This document shows positions 40,407 to 49,946 of a stretch of DNA of 64,000 bases, piece after piece. The stretch is from the NCBI GenBank assembly GCA_963713825.1, contig CAVQNG010000003.1, positions 553,794-617,793 on the forward strand, in the 5' to 3' direction. Source of the stretch: an uncultured Acidobacteriota bacterium. GTDB lineage: Bacteria > Acidobacteriota > Thermoanaerobaculia > Multivoradales > JAHEKO01. The translations under genes and the position numbers were made by a program. Under the pieces are notes generated by a model that saw only the letters and a program-made list of their open reading frames with translations, was not told the DNA's origin and made no database searches. Each line of letters starts with the position of its first letter. The stretch's first letter is position 1.

Positions 40407-40799
40407 CTACTGAACTAGGAAGTCCTCGCTTCTGAGGATCGAGATGGCTCGTTGCAGGCTCGCCTCTTTGACGAGTAGGTAGTCCGTGTCGAAGGTGGAG
40501 ATCGCGAACACGCTGACTCCCGCCGTCGCCAGCGGTCTCGTCAGTGAAGCCAGGATTCCCACCTCCGTGAACGCCAGCGGACCCTCGACCATGAGGCAGC
40601 GCCAACCTGTTTCGGCCTCAATCTCGGCGGGAACATTGCCCGCCTCGCAGACGATGGATAGCTCCAGCAGGGTCCGGGTCACCGACGAGAACGTGCCGCG
40701 TTGCGCCCAGTCCGGTACGGCCTCGCAAGCGGACAGGCGACAGACGGCAAAGCTCGGCTCCAGCAGAACCAGGTCGACCGCAGTTCCAGCCATCACCAA
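40407..40799 (-). CDS. ACT-domain protein
   Basis: 130 aa with a tandem ACT-like arrangement (AVCRLS ... ISTFDTDYLLV). Confidence 0.6.
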   Translation of the reverse strand: MVMAGTAVDLVLLEPSFAVCRLSACEAVPDWAQRGTFSSVTRTLLELSIVCEAGNVPAEIEAETGWRCLMVEGPLAFTEVGILASLTRPLATAGVSVFAISTFDTDYLLVKEASLQRAISILRSEDFLVQ

Positions 40800-40806
40800 G
40801 GGCCCT

Positions 40807-41178
40807 TCAAGCTTCGTCCGGCTCCGCCGGGGAATCTCCTTCGGCCAGCGGTCGCAGCAGCTCTTCGGCTTCCCGGGCGCGCCCTTTCTCGACCCGTATG
40901 GTGGCGGCCAAGCCGCGGCCCGACTGGCTGATTCCGGCCCCCCAGCGACCCACCGGTAGAACGCTCAGCGCCTCCTCGCCCTGCACGACACAGGGGATCT
41001 CGGCGGAGGCCAGGAGTGACTTGACCACCGGCAACAGCGAGACATCAGCGGTCTCGAAAACCGGTACCAGATCCGCATCAGGATCCTCGGGGGGCAAAAC
41101 TGCAACCAATTGGACTTCGCAGTCCGGACAGGACTCGATCTCATCTCGATACTCGGCTCGGCAGTCGGGACAATACAT
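40807..41178 (-). CDS. DUF2007-like putative signal-transducing protein with an N-terminal zinc ribbon
   Basis: MYCPDCRAEY ... CPDC, and a C-terminal region resembling DUF2007. Confidence 0.5.
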   Translation of the reverse strand: MYCPDCRAEYRDEIESCPDCEVQLVAVLPPEDPDADLVPVFETADVSLLPVVKSLLASAEIPCVVQGEEALSVLPVGRWGAGISQSGRGLAATIRVEKGRAREAEELLRPLAEGDSPAEPDEA

Positions 41179-41391
41179 TCGATTCCTCCATGGCCCACCT
41201 GTGACAATTCTCGAAACCGGTGGTTCTCCGGGTGGGCGTTCCTACTCCCGAGACGATATCCCAGATGAGCTCTGCGATATCATTTCAGAGTCCTTGGCAA
41301 CGCGATCCGATACCGCTCGAAGAAGTCCACGACGCCGTTCCAGCATCGGAGTCGGGCCCACTGTCAATGCTCGACTCTCGAGGAGCCACCC

Positions 41392-41988
41392 ATGACACGC
41401 CCCCATTTCAACAAGAGCCTGCCGATCCTGCTTCTCGTCCTCGGAGCCCCTTGGGTAGCTCTCGGTCTTCCTTCTGCACAAGAAGTGCCGTCGGAGGGCG
41501 AGACCACCGAACTCTCGGGCCCTGGCGATCCACAGAGCCATTTGGCGGCCACGGTCGGAGAGTGGGACATGACCATCCACGTTTGGACCAGTCCCAACAG
41601 TGAGCCGGTGGAGACCCGCGGCTCCGCCACCAGTCGCTGGATCCTGGGCGAGAATTTCGTCGAGACCCGGCTCGAGGGTGAGGTGCTGGACAGTGCTTTC
41701 GAAGGACTGAGGGTCGAGGGCTACGATGTCGCTATCGGCGAGTTCGTCAGCACTTGGCGAGACAGCCGAGGAACCTACACGTTGGTCTTCCAGGGCAAGT
41801 GCGATGCCAATTGTGCCATTCGCACCATGACTGCCGACTTCACCGATCCGGTCTCCAAGACCGCGCTCACCATCAAGAGCGTCACCACCATCGTCGACGA
41901 CGACAGCTATCGGTACGAGTCCTACATCGTCACCCCGAGCGGCACCGAGATCAAGAACATGGAGCTCGTGGCGGCCCGCAAACCCTGA
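41392..41988 (+). CDS. Secreted hypothetical protein (DUF1579-like)
   Basis: A signal peptide is followed by GEWDMTIHVW ... TRGSATSRWILGENFV. Confidence 0.55.
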   Translation: MTRPHFNKSLPILLLVLGAPWVALGLPSAQEVPSEGETTELSGPGDPQSHLAATVGEWDMTIHVWTSPNSEPVETRGSATSRWILGENFVETRLEGEVLDSAFEGLRVEGYDVAIGEFVSTWRDSRGTYTLVFQGKCDANCAIRTMTADFTDPVSKTALTIKSVTTIVDDDSYRYESYIVTPSGTEIKNMELVAARKP

Positions 41989-42046
41989 ACGCGCGCCGGC
42001 AAGCGAATCGAGCCAGCTGGACTTCAAGGCAATCGACGAGGAGCGA

Positions 42047-43339
42047 GTGAAAGAAACAACTCTCACCGCCGCCGACCATTCCTGGCTTCGCCTGCAAGAG
42101 GCTGCCAATCCGATGGCTTCGCTGGCGGTCCTATTCTTCGCCGATGTGCTACCCATCGACGCCCTGAAGGCCCTGGTCGAAGATCGACTGATGTCCTACG
42201 AGCGTTTCCGCCAGAGCATTCAGCCCTCCAGGCTGCCTCGGGCCCGACCCCGGTGGCACGAGGGAGACGACTTCGCTCTCGATCACCATCTGTACCGCGC
42301 CACCCTGTCACCGCAGGGCACGGAGCGAGACCTGGAGACATTTATCGGCCGGCTCCTTTCCGAACCGATGCCAGAGGACCAACCCCTCTGGCAACTTCAT
42401 CTGGTCGAGGAAGTCGCTGGCGGATCGGTGCTGGTGGTAAAGATCCATCAGAGTGTGGCCGACGGCACCTCAGCTTCCAGGATCGTGCTCGGACTGGGCG
42501 ATGTGGAGTCGAGCGAAGGCGCTCCAGAGATCGTCGACCAGGGGCTGGGGAACCACATCGAGACCGAAGAGATCGTCGAGGCCGCCAACCAACCGGGCTC
42601 CACGGTTCGCTCTCTATGCCGTCTGATCGCTCAGCGTTCGGACACCGATTCCCCACTGATGGGCAAGCCGACAAACCCGCGACAGGTGGCCTGGTCGCAG
42701 GGTTTTCCCATACTCAGGCTCAAGAGCTTCGCAACCCGACTGGAGGCCACCGAAACCGAGCTCCTCATCGTCGCGGTTGCAGCGAGCCTTCGGCAGGAGC
42801 TCACGCGACTCAACCTGCTGCCAGAATCGGCGCTCTTGCGCGCGGTTGTACCGTGCAACCTTCGCAGTCCGGATCAGGAACTTCTCGGCAGCCGGTTCAG
42901 CCTGGCAATGCTGCCTCTGCCCGTCGGCAGAACCACCGTCCACTCCCGCCTCCGGAAGCTCCGCCAAGATCTCGAGGAGCTCGGATCCGCACCAGGGTCG
43001 CTGGCCACCTTCCAAGACCCAGGAGATCCCGGATTCCGGATGTCGGAGGTTGAAGATCAGATCACGCGGCAACTCGCCAAGAAGACCACCCTTCTTCTCT
43101 CCTTTGCGCCTCAACCGACGGAGCCACTCTATTTCTGTGGGCAGAGGCTCGAGCATTGGCTCTTCTGGCCCGCCCAGGCCGGCCCGCAGAGACTTTGTTT
43201 CGGGCTGTCGGCGACCTCCGACCAACTCCGTCTCGGAGTCACCGTCGATGCAGGATCAGCCGCCGATCCTCGTCGCCTGACCCAGGCCTTCGACCAGGCT
43301 CTGGCCGAAATCGCCGCAGCTTCCGGCGAGACAACTTGA
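42047..43339 (+). CDS. Wax-ester synthase / diacylglycerol acyltransferase (WS/DGAT) family protein
   Basis: The N-terminal LTAADHSWLRLQEAANPM motif is followed by the active-site variant HQSVADG (HHxxxDG). Confidence 0.7.
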   Translation: MKETTLTAADHSWLRLQEAANPMASLAVLFFADVLPIDALKALVEDRLMSYERFRQSIQPSRLPRARPRWHEGDDFALDHHLYRATLSPQGTERDLETFIGRLLSEPMPEDQPLWQLHLVEEVAGGSVLVVKIHQSVADGTSASRIVLGLGDVESSEGAPEIVDQGLGNHIETEEIVEAANQPGSTVRSLCRLIAQRSDTDSPLMGKPTNPRQVAWSQGFPILRLKSFATRLEATETELLIVAVAASLRQELTRLNLLPESALLRAVVPCNLRSPDQELLGSRFSLAMLPLPVGRTTVHSRLRKLRQDLEELGSAPGSLATFQDPGDPGFRMSEVEDQITRQLAKKTTLLLSFAPQPTEPLYFCGQRLEHWLFWPAQAGPQRLCFGLSATSDQLRLGVTVDAGSAADPRRLTQAFDQALAEIAAASGETT

Positions 43340-44080
43340 TCAATCGAACGGGTTGGCTTCCCAGGAGCCGTAGCTCGGATTCGGAAAGATGAAGAATCGG
43401 GAGCCGTAGTCACCAAAAGCCTCTGGAGAAGAGAGTCTCGATTCCTGGCTCATTTCGGGGAAGTCGTTGATGTTGTCACCGAGCCACATGACGATCTCGA
43501 CCGGCGGCACGCCAGGTGATGCCGTGCCCCCCTCGATCTTCTCCCAGCGTGGCTCCTTTTCGCGGTCATCAGTGCGGCAGAGCAGAACGTCGAACGGTAT
43601 GTCGGAGGCTTCCAGGTTGGCTCGGGTGTCGGGGCAATCACGATCCCTCCTGTTGGTCACAACGGCGATGTGCCCACCCAACTCCTGAATGAGACCCAGA
43701 AATTCCAGGGCCCCCGGCAAGGGCTCTGCGGCTTGCTTGGCCACCCAGGCCACCCACAGCTCGTCCGTGGAATCCTGACCGAGTTCTACCAGTTCCTTCT
43801 CGTAGTCCAGATTGCTGATCAGGGTCTCGTCGGCGTCCAGTGCGACCGCCCAGGTCCCTGGCTTCTTCCCCTCCACGCTCTTCCTGAGCTCCTGCCCAGC
43901 GAGAGAGTACGTCTGCAGAACGATGGCCTGGAATTCTGCAGAGTTCCGCATCCAATGTACGGCGCGCTTCAGGTCCGAATTGGTCGGGCTGGTGGATTGC
44001 GCGGGCTGTGGCGGAGCGGTCCCGCCTGATGAGCAGGCAACTACAAAAACGCAGCAGGCGAGAGAGGCGAAATGCTTCAT
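43340..44080 (-). CDS. Class C acid phosphatase / 5'-nucleotidase lipoprotein, e(P4) family (HAD superfamily)
   Basis: The lipobox VVACSS is present. The DxDxT motif reads LDADETLISN, followed by VTNRRD and GDNINDF. Confidence 0.75.
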   Translation of the reverse strand: MKHFASLACCVFVVACSSGGTAPPQPAQSTSPTNSDLKRAVHWMRNSAEFQAIVLQTYSLAGQELRKSVEGKKPGTWAVALDADETLISNLDYEKELVELGQDSTDELWVAWVAKQAAEPLPGALEFLGLIQELGGHIAVVTNRRDRDCPDTRANLEASDIPFDVLLCRTDDREKEPRWEKIEGGTASPGVPPVEIVMWLGDNINDFPEMSQESRLSSPEAFGDYGSRFFIFPNPSYGSWEANPFD

Positions 44081-44174
44081 TGGGGAGACCCTCCGTTCGA
44101 ATCGAAACGCCGATTCTACTAGCTCGGGCGATCCTACGCTCGACCGACGAACTCACGGTACACTGACGACCATC

Positions 44175-44390
44175 ATGAAGACTTGGCTACTCGAGATCCC
44201 GTGGTCACTGCTCATCCTCGCTTGCCTGACCCTCGGCCTGGCACCCTTTGCTCCTCCCCATATCGTGGAGAAGCTGCGCATGCTCTTTCGCGGCACACTG
44301 GTGCGGCCCATCGACTGGCTCGATCTGGTGTTCCACGGAATTCCCTGGCTGCTCCTCATCCTCAAAGCCTGGGCCACCGCCACGAAATAG
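44175..44390 (+). CDS. Small hydrophobic membrane protein, hypothetical
   Basis: 71 aa, MKTWLLEIPWSLLILACLTLGLAPFAPPHIVEKLRMLFRGTLVRPIDWLDLVFHGIPWLLLILKAWATATK. Confidence 0.4.
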   Translation: MKTWLLEIPWSLLILACLTLGLAPFAPPHIVEKLRMLFRGTLVRPIDWLDLVFHGIPWLLLILKAWATATK

Positions 44391-44394
44391 AGGA

Positions 44395-44575
44395 CAGGGC
44401 GTAGGGGCGTAGGGGCGTAGGGGCGTAGGGGCGTAGAAGACAATACCCAATAGCTCAAGACCTCAGTGCCCCTCAAGCCCCCAAAGGCAGGCCGTAGGAA
44501 CGCCGGCCTCCTCAACCCCCAAGCCCTCAAAGAACGTCGGGCGGTGAGCCGGACGCCTCAACCCTCAAGGTTCCG
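44395..44575. repeat. GC-rich mosaic hairpin repeat locus, including a 4x tandem 8-mer (cgtagggg)
   Basis: gggcgtaggggcgtaggggcgtaggggcgtag ... ggccgtaggaacgccggcctcctcaacccccaagccctcaaagaacgtcgggcggtgagccggacgcctcaaccctcaagg. Confidence 0.75.
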
Positions 44576-46538
44576 AGTCCTCGAGGGGCCGCAAGAGCCT
44601 GAGCCCGTTGAGGACGACCAGAATCGTGCTGCCTTCATGGCCGATGACACCAACGGGTAGCGCCAGGCCGTGGATCAGGTTTACCACCACGAGAATGGCA
44701 ATGACGGCACAGGCGAATGCCAGATTCTGGCGCACGATTCGCTGCGACTTGCGGGCCAATCGAACGGCATAGGGAAGCAGCTTCAGCTCGTCGCGAACCA
44801 GCACCAAATCGGCCGTCTCCAGAGCGGCATCGGTACCGGAGACGCCCATGGCCACACCGACCGTCGCGGCAGCCAAGGCTGGCGCATCGTTGACCCCGTC
44901 GCCCACCATGGCAACCCGCTGCCCTTCTGCCATCATGGCGCGGACGATCGCCACCTTTTCTTCGGGCATCACCTCGGCGTTCCAGTCGTCCACCCCCACG
45001 GCCTCGGCCACCCTTCGGGCCACAACGGGGTTATCGCCGGTCATCATCACCGTTCGATGGGTGCCCAGCCGCTTCAGCTGCTCGATTGCCGACCGCGCTT
45101 CTGGCCGGACCTGATCTTCGATCGCCAGAGCGCCTGAGACCCCATCGCCGGAGAGAAAGACCACGGTTCGGGCTTGCGCCTGCAGAAGCTCGACCTGCTT
45201 CATCTCCTGAGCATCTGGCGCCTGCCCACCCATCTCGATGATGAAGTCCAGGCGGCCAACGGCGATCTCTCGACCCGAGACCTCGGCCACCGCGCCTCGA
45301 CCCCGATGATTCACCAGACCGTGAGCCAAGGGTACCGAGAGGTTCCTCGCCTCCGCTGATTCGACGATTGCACGCCCCAGATGATGTTCCGAAAGGCGCT
45401 CCACCGCAGCCGCCCACCTCAGAACGTCGTCAGCTGCTGACTTCCCGAATGGCACAACAGAGGTCACCACGGGGTGACCTCCGGTGAGGGTGCCCGTCTT
45501 GTCGAAGGCAAAGCTGTCGATAGAGGCTAACTCCTCCAGGGGCGATCCGCCTTTGAAGAGTAGCCCCTTGCGAGCGGCATGTCCGAGGGCCGCCAGAATC
45601 GTGGCCGGGGTCGAGATGACCACGGCACAAGGTGACGCCACGACCAGGAGTGTCATGGCACGATAGAACGCCGGCCGAAACGCCTCACCGAGGGCAACCG
45701 GCAAGACCACCGCAACAGCCGCCGCGAAGATCACCGTCGCTGCATAACCCTGCTCGAATCGATCGATGAACCTCTGGGTCGGAGCTTTGGCCTCGCGCGC
45801 TTCCTCCACCAACTCGATGATGCGGGCCAACGTCGACTCCGAAGCTCGCCGCTCGACCGAGACTTCGGCCGTCCCACCCACGTTGATGGAGCCGGCAAAG
45901 ACCCGATCTCCTGGCCCCTTGGGCTCCGGTGTGGACTCCCCCGTGATGGCGGCCTGGTCCGCTGCCGTATGGCCCGAGACGACCTGGCCATCGACCGGAA
46001 TGCGCTCGCCCGGCCGAATTCTGACGATCTGTCCAGGCTCGAGCTCCTCTGCCGCCACCTTTTTCTCGCTACCGTCCGGTGCCAGCAGCATGGCCTCGTC
46101 CGGCCGCAACTCCATGAGCGACTCGATCGCGCGCGTGGTGCGCCGCAAGGCTCGCGTCTCTAGTGCGTTGGAGAGCGAGAAGAGAAAGAGCAGCGCCGCT
46201 CCCTCGGCGTACTCACCGATGCTTGCTGCACCGAGCGCGGAAAGCAGCATCAGCAGGTCGATGTCGAGGCGCCTGTCCTTCAAGCTCTGAATCGAGCGCC
46301 CGAGGCTGAAGGCACCACCCGCAGCATAGGCTGCCGCAAAAGCCAACATCTCGGCCCACCGGGGCCACCCAAACAGGTCCGGGCCGAGCCATCCAACGAG
46401 CGCCAACGCGCCGCAGACCACCGGTGTCCAGATGGGTTCTTTGCCGTCCGCCAGGGCCTGAACCCAGGCGGGAAGAGCCTCCTGTTGACCTTGTCTTGGA
46501 GTGCTCATGAATCGAGAAGGGACGCGCCAGCTTGCCAT
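44565..46538 (-). CDS. Heavy-metal translocating P1B-type ATPase (Zn/Cd/Co-type), no N-terminal HMA domain
   Basis: The membrane motif SPCAVVIS, the phosphorylation site DKTGTLT, and MVGDGVNDAPAL are present. Confidence 0.88.
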   Translation of the reverse strand: MASWRVPSRFMSTPRQGQQEALPAWVQALADGKEPIWTPVVCGALALVGWLGPDLFGWPRWAEMLAFAAAYAAGGAFSLGRSIQSLKDRRLDIDLLMLLSALGAASIGEYAEGAALLFLFSLSNALETRALRRTTRAIESLMELRPDEAMLLAPDGSEKKVAAEELEPGQIVRIRPGERIPVDGQVVSGHTAADQAAITGESTPEPKGPGDRVFAGSINVGGTAEVSVERRASESTLARIIELVEEAREAKAPTQRFIDRFEQGYAATVIFAAAVAVVLPVALGEAFRPAFYRAMTLLVVASPCAVVISTPATILAALGHAARKGLLFKGGSPLEELASIDSFAFDKTGTLTGGHPVVTSVVPFGKSAADDVLRWAAAVERLSEHHLGRAIVESAEARNLSVPLAHGLVNHRGRGAVAEVSGREIAVGRLDFIIEMGGQAPDAQEMKQVELLQAQARTVVFLSGDGVSGALAIEDQVRPEARSAIEQLKRLGTHRTVMMTGDNPVVARRVAEAVGVDDWNAEVMPEEKVAIVRAMMAEGQRVAMVGDGVNDAPALAAATVGVAMGVSGTDAALETADLVLVRDELKLLPYAVRLARKSQRIVRQNLAFACAVIAILVVVNLIHGLALPVGVIGHEGSTILVVLNGLRLLRPLEDSEP

Positions 46539-46630
46539 TCTAGCTCGCAGGCTCCGATCTGCAGGTCGAACCGACGCCGACTCGACCCGGGGCCCCGAGT
46601 CTGATTAACTCCCATCACGAACTCTCGAGC

Positions 46631-47506
46631 ATGACGACCTACCTCATCGATGCGAGTCCGTACATCTTTCGGGCTCACTTCTCCATGCCTTCGTCCCTTG
46701 TGGACCCGGAAGGCCGGCCGGCGGGTGCCACCTACGGATTCGCCTCCTTCCTTCTCAAGCTCCTCGCCGAAGAGCAACCCAGCCATCTGGCCGTGGCTTT
46801 CGATGGCAGCCTGACCACGAGTTTTCGCAACGAGCTCTACCCGGAGTACAAGGCCAAAAGGGAGACTCCACCAAAAGAGCTGGTGAGCCAACTGGAAGCC
46901 TGCCGCCGTGTGGCGGAGTGCTTGGGGATGGCGACCTTTATTGACCAGTCCTACGAGGCCGACGATCTGATCGGTACCCTGGTGGATCGGGTAACCGGCA
47001 GCGACCAGGCGGCTGTCATCGTGACCTCTGACAAGGACCTGGCGCAGCTCGTCTCCGAGGATGTCACCCTTTTGGACTTCGCTCGGGATGCCCGCTATTC
47101 GATCCCAGCGGTGCAGGAGAAGTTCGGTGTGCGACCCGATCAGATTGTCGATCTTCTGGCCCTGGCCGGCGACGCCGTGGACAACATCCCGGGTGTGCGG
47201 GGAATCGGTGGCAAGACCGCGGTTGCCCTGCTGCAATCGTTCGGCGATTTGGAGACTCTGTACGAGCGCCTGGACGAAGTCGAGGAGCTCCCCATTCGCG
47301 GCGCCGCTTCGGTGCGCGCCAAGCTCGAGGTCGGTCGCAACATGGCCTTTCTCTCGCAGGAGCTCGCCACCGTCGACTGTCGGATCGCCCTCGAAGTGAG
47401 ACTCGAAGACCTGGCCTATGTCGGTGCCGACCGAGATTGTATCGAGACGCTATTCCGGGAGCTCGGCTTCGAACGCATCCGCCAGCGAATCAAGATATGG
47501 GCTTGA
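46631..47506 (+). CDS. Stand-alone 5'-3' exonuclease / flap endonuclease (PolI N-terminal-domain-like)
   Basis: MTTYLIDASPYIFRAHF ... the 5'-3' exonuclease and H3TH fold, 291 aa. Confidence 0.8.
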   Translation: MTTYLIDASPYIFRAHFSMPSSLVDPEGRPAGATYGFASFLLKLLAEEQPSHLAVAFDGSLTTSFRNELYPEYKAKRETPPKELVSQLEACRRVAECLGMATFIDQSYEADDLIGTLVDRVTGSDQAAVIVTSDKDLAQLVSEDVTLLDFARDARYSIPAVQEKFGVRPDQIVDLLALAGDAVDNIPGVRGIGGKTAVALLQSFGDLETLYERLDEVEELPIRGAASVRAKLEVGRNMAFLSQELATVDCRIALEVRLEDLAYVGADRDCIETLFRELGFERIRQRIKIWA

Positions 47507-47720
47507 GATCACTGCGGCTAGAGCCAAGGGCTCTTGTGCACAGGCTCCTGAGGTAGACTTTCCACCTCTTGTCGAAGAAGCGAGACCGATCCTGCCTCGA
47601 CAAGGTCGGAGCACCTTCTCGAGGGTTGGCAGCGCTGACCGGTGGCGGGTTTCTCTCTCGTTTTCGTAAAGGATGAGTAGAACACCAAGTATCCAGGCCC
47701 TCGAAGGAGAAACAACAGAA

Positions 47721-48629
47721 ATGAGAAACCTCCGAAGATCCGTGTCTCTGTCGACTCTGGCCCTAGTAGTAGCCCTGGTCTTCCCAGGCCTCGCCACGGC
47801 GGGTCACTACTACGAGGCCGTCACCACCAGCGATACCGGCCAAAAGAAGAAGCAGCAGGATGTGATGCAAGTGCGAGCCTGGGTGGACGGTGAGGCCGCC
47901 AAGGTGGAATTCGTGACCGGCGAGAAAGAGGGGCCCTTCTCTGCGGGCTCCTACCTGGTCACCAAGGACGGTGGTGAAACGGTCTACCTCGTCAACCCGA
48001 AAGACGAGACCTACGGCTCCTTCGATATGGAAGCGATGATGGCCGCCGCTGGTCAGGCCATGAACGCTCTGAGCCAAACAGGCGGCATGGTGAAGATGGA
48101 GTTCACCAACGTCTCCAGCGAAATGCTCTCCGAGGAGGCCGGCGGCAACGTGCTCGGCCATGACACAACCCACTACCGCTGGCAGAGCGGCTACACCATG
48201 CGCATGAAGATGATGGGCTTCAAACAGGAGAACCGGGTCGACACGATCCAGGATGTCTGGAGCACCGATGCTCTGGATGCCAGAGGTTTCGGCGTCTGGA
48301 TGCGGCCGGACCGAGCCTTGAGAACCGGCAATGAGGAGTTCGACAAGCTCATCAGCTCCCAGGTCGCAACGGTCAAGGGCTTCCCGCTGAAGACGGTCAA
48401 CGTCTCGACCACGACCGGCAAAAAGGGCAAGTCGATGCAGACCACCTCGACCACCGAGGTGACCACACTGCGTGAGGAGTCCATCCCGGGCTCGACTTTC
48501 GGCTGGCCCGACCACTACACCGAGGTCGAGATCCTCCCCCAGATGCCCCAGGGCTCCGATCAGCAGGGCGAGACCCAGGACGATGGCAAGAAGAAAGGAC
48601 TCAAGGGCCTCTTCAAGCCGGGTGGTTGA
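47721..48629 (+). CDS. Secreted hypothetical protein
   Basis: A signal peptide (MRNLRRSVSLSTLALVVALVFPGLATA) precedes a Lys/Thr-rich body. Confidence 0.55.
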   Translation: MRNLRRSVSLSTLALVVALVFPGLATAGHYYEAVTTSDTGQKKKQQDVMQVRAWVDGEAAKVEFVTGEKEGPFSAGSYLVTKDGGETVYLVNPKDETYGSFDMEAMMAAAGQAMNALSQTGGMVKMEFTNVSSEMLSEEAGGNVLGHDTTHYRWQSGYTMRMKMMGFKQENRVDTIQDVWSTDALDARGFGVWMRPDRALRTGNEEFDKLISSQVATVKGFPLKTVNVSTTTGKKGKSMQTTSTTEVTTLREESIPGSTFGWPDHYTEVEILPQMPQGSDQQGETQDDGKKKGLKGLFKPGG

Positions 48630-48779
48630 TCGGAAAGGAACCACCTCATGATTCGACGAACTCTGGCCTGTGAGCTCTGCCCCCAGTTCGCCGACGTCAT
48701 CCTGCAAGAGTCAGGGCCGGCTCCGGCTCCAGTGGTAGAGTCTCCGGGCATCTCACGAACTCGAGACAGGAACGAGCCC

Positions 48780-49937
48780 ATGAAGCCGCCGCGCTCCATC
48801 ACTCTGCTTGTCGTTGCCGTGCTTTTCGGCGCGGTGTCGGCCCAGGCCCAGTTCAACCTCAACAAGCTGAAGAAAGCTGCCGAAACAGCGCTCGACGTGG
48901 CTGATACGGTGGACGACTTCACCTTTTCCGAAGCTGAGGAAGTCGAACTGGGACTGGCTATCAGTAACCGGATTCGAGCTCGATATGGTGTGGCCCAGGA
49001 CCCCGAGGTGACGCGCTACATGAGCCTGGTTGGCGCCACGGTAGCGCAGAAGAGTGGACGGCCCTCCATTCCCTGGCAGTGGATCGTCCTCAATTCCAAC
49101 ATCGTCAACGCCTTCGCTGCTCCGGGCGGCTATGTCCACGTCACCCGCGGTGCGTTGGCGGTGATCGAGAGCGAAGCGGAGCTCGCCGGGGTACTGGCCC
49201 ACGAGGCGGCTCATGTCACCCGCAAGCACACGCTGAAAGCCCTGCAGAAGTCCATGGGAATGGATCTGGCCCAGAATCAGGCCTCGTTCACCGTGGGCTC
49301 GGCTCTGTTCGAAGCGGCCGCGGACCAGGCAGCCAAGGCGGTGCTGGCTGGCTTCGGCCAGGCCGAGGAGTTGGAGGCTGACCAGGTAGGCATCGAGATC
49401 GCCGCCCGGGTCGGATATCAGGCAGCTGGCTTGAGCAACTTCCTGGGCTCCTTGAATACGCTAACCTCTGGATCTTCTTCGAGCTCTGCGCTCTTCCGCT
49501 CCCATCCCGAAACCGACGAGCGGATCAAGAAGCTCGACAAGACGATCCGGCAGGATCACCTTGACGGTGGGGTTTGGCTGGCGGAGCGCTACGCTGCCGA
49601 GGTGACCTACGAGGTGGCGACAGCAAGCACAGGCGGACCCGGAGTCGCGGGGGGAAGGGGCGTAGCCGGCGCGAGCGAAGGCGATGCACCCGCAGAGGAC
49701 GAGGTTGCAGAAGAGGAAGAAGAGGATAAGGCTGGGTTCTCGCTCGCCAAGCTCGCCAATCCCTTCGCCATGGGTGAGGAAGAGAGCTCTGCAGAGGTAA
49801 CGGGTGCCGGAGCGGGACGGGCCGTGGGTGAAGAAGCTGGAGAGGCAGAAGGCGGTGTCAAGAACACCGAGATCGTCGAGATCCAGCTGACACCCGAGGA
49901 GCTCGCGACCTTCCAGAAAGAGGGCGGCCTGAAGTAG
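48780..49937 (+). CDS. M48-family Zn-metalloprotease (BepA/YfgC-like) with an acidic C-terminal low-complexity tail
   Basis: A signal peptide is present. The HEXXH motif reads LAHEAAHVTRKH, with a downstream E in ELEADQVG. The start at MKPPRS is preceded by AGGAA. Confidence 0.75.
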   Translation: MKPPRSITLLVVAVLFGAVSAQAQFNLNKLKKAAETALDVADTVDDFTFSEAEEVELGLAISNRIRARYGVAQDPEVTRYMSLVGATVAQKSGRPSIPWQWIVLNSNIVNAFAAPGGYVHVTRGALAVIESEAELAGVLAHEAAHVTRKHTLKALQKSMGMDLAQNQASFTVGSALFEAAADQAAKAVLAGFGQAEELEADQVGIEIAARVGYQAAGLSNFLGSLNTLTSGSSSSSALFRSHPETDERIKKLDKTIRQDHLDGGVWLAERYAAEVTYEVATASTGGPGVAGGRGVAGASEGDAPAEDEVAEEEEEDKAGFSLAKLANPFAMGEEESSAEVTGAGAGRAVGEEAGEAEGGVKNTEIVEIQLTPEELATFQKEGGLK

Positions 49938-49946
49938 GGTCCCTCT

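Noticed and set aside
41242-42156. 304-aa minus-strand ORF
   Set aside because: Antisense to the secreted DUF1579-like gene and the start of the WS/DGAT gene. No motifs, Ser/Gly/Arg-rich.
44395-44440. Possible CRISPR-like array (tandem cgtagggg units)
   Set aside because: Units are 8 nt with no spacers and no cas genes. They are part of the mosaic hairpin repeat family.
47763-48707. 314-aa minus-strand ORF
   Set aside because: Antisense to the signal-peptide-bearing secreted protein gene. His/Gly/Leu-rich junk composition.
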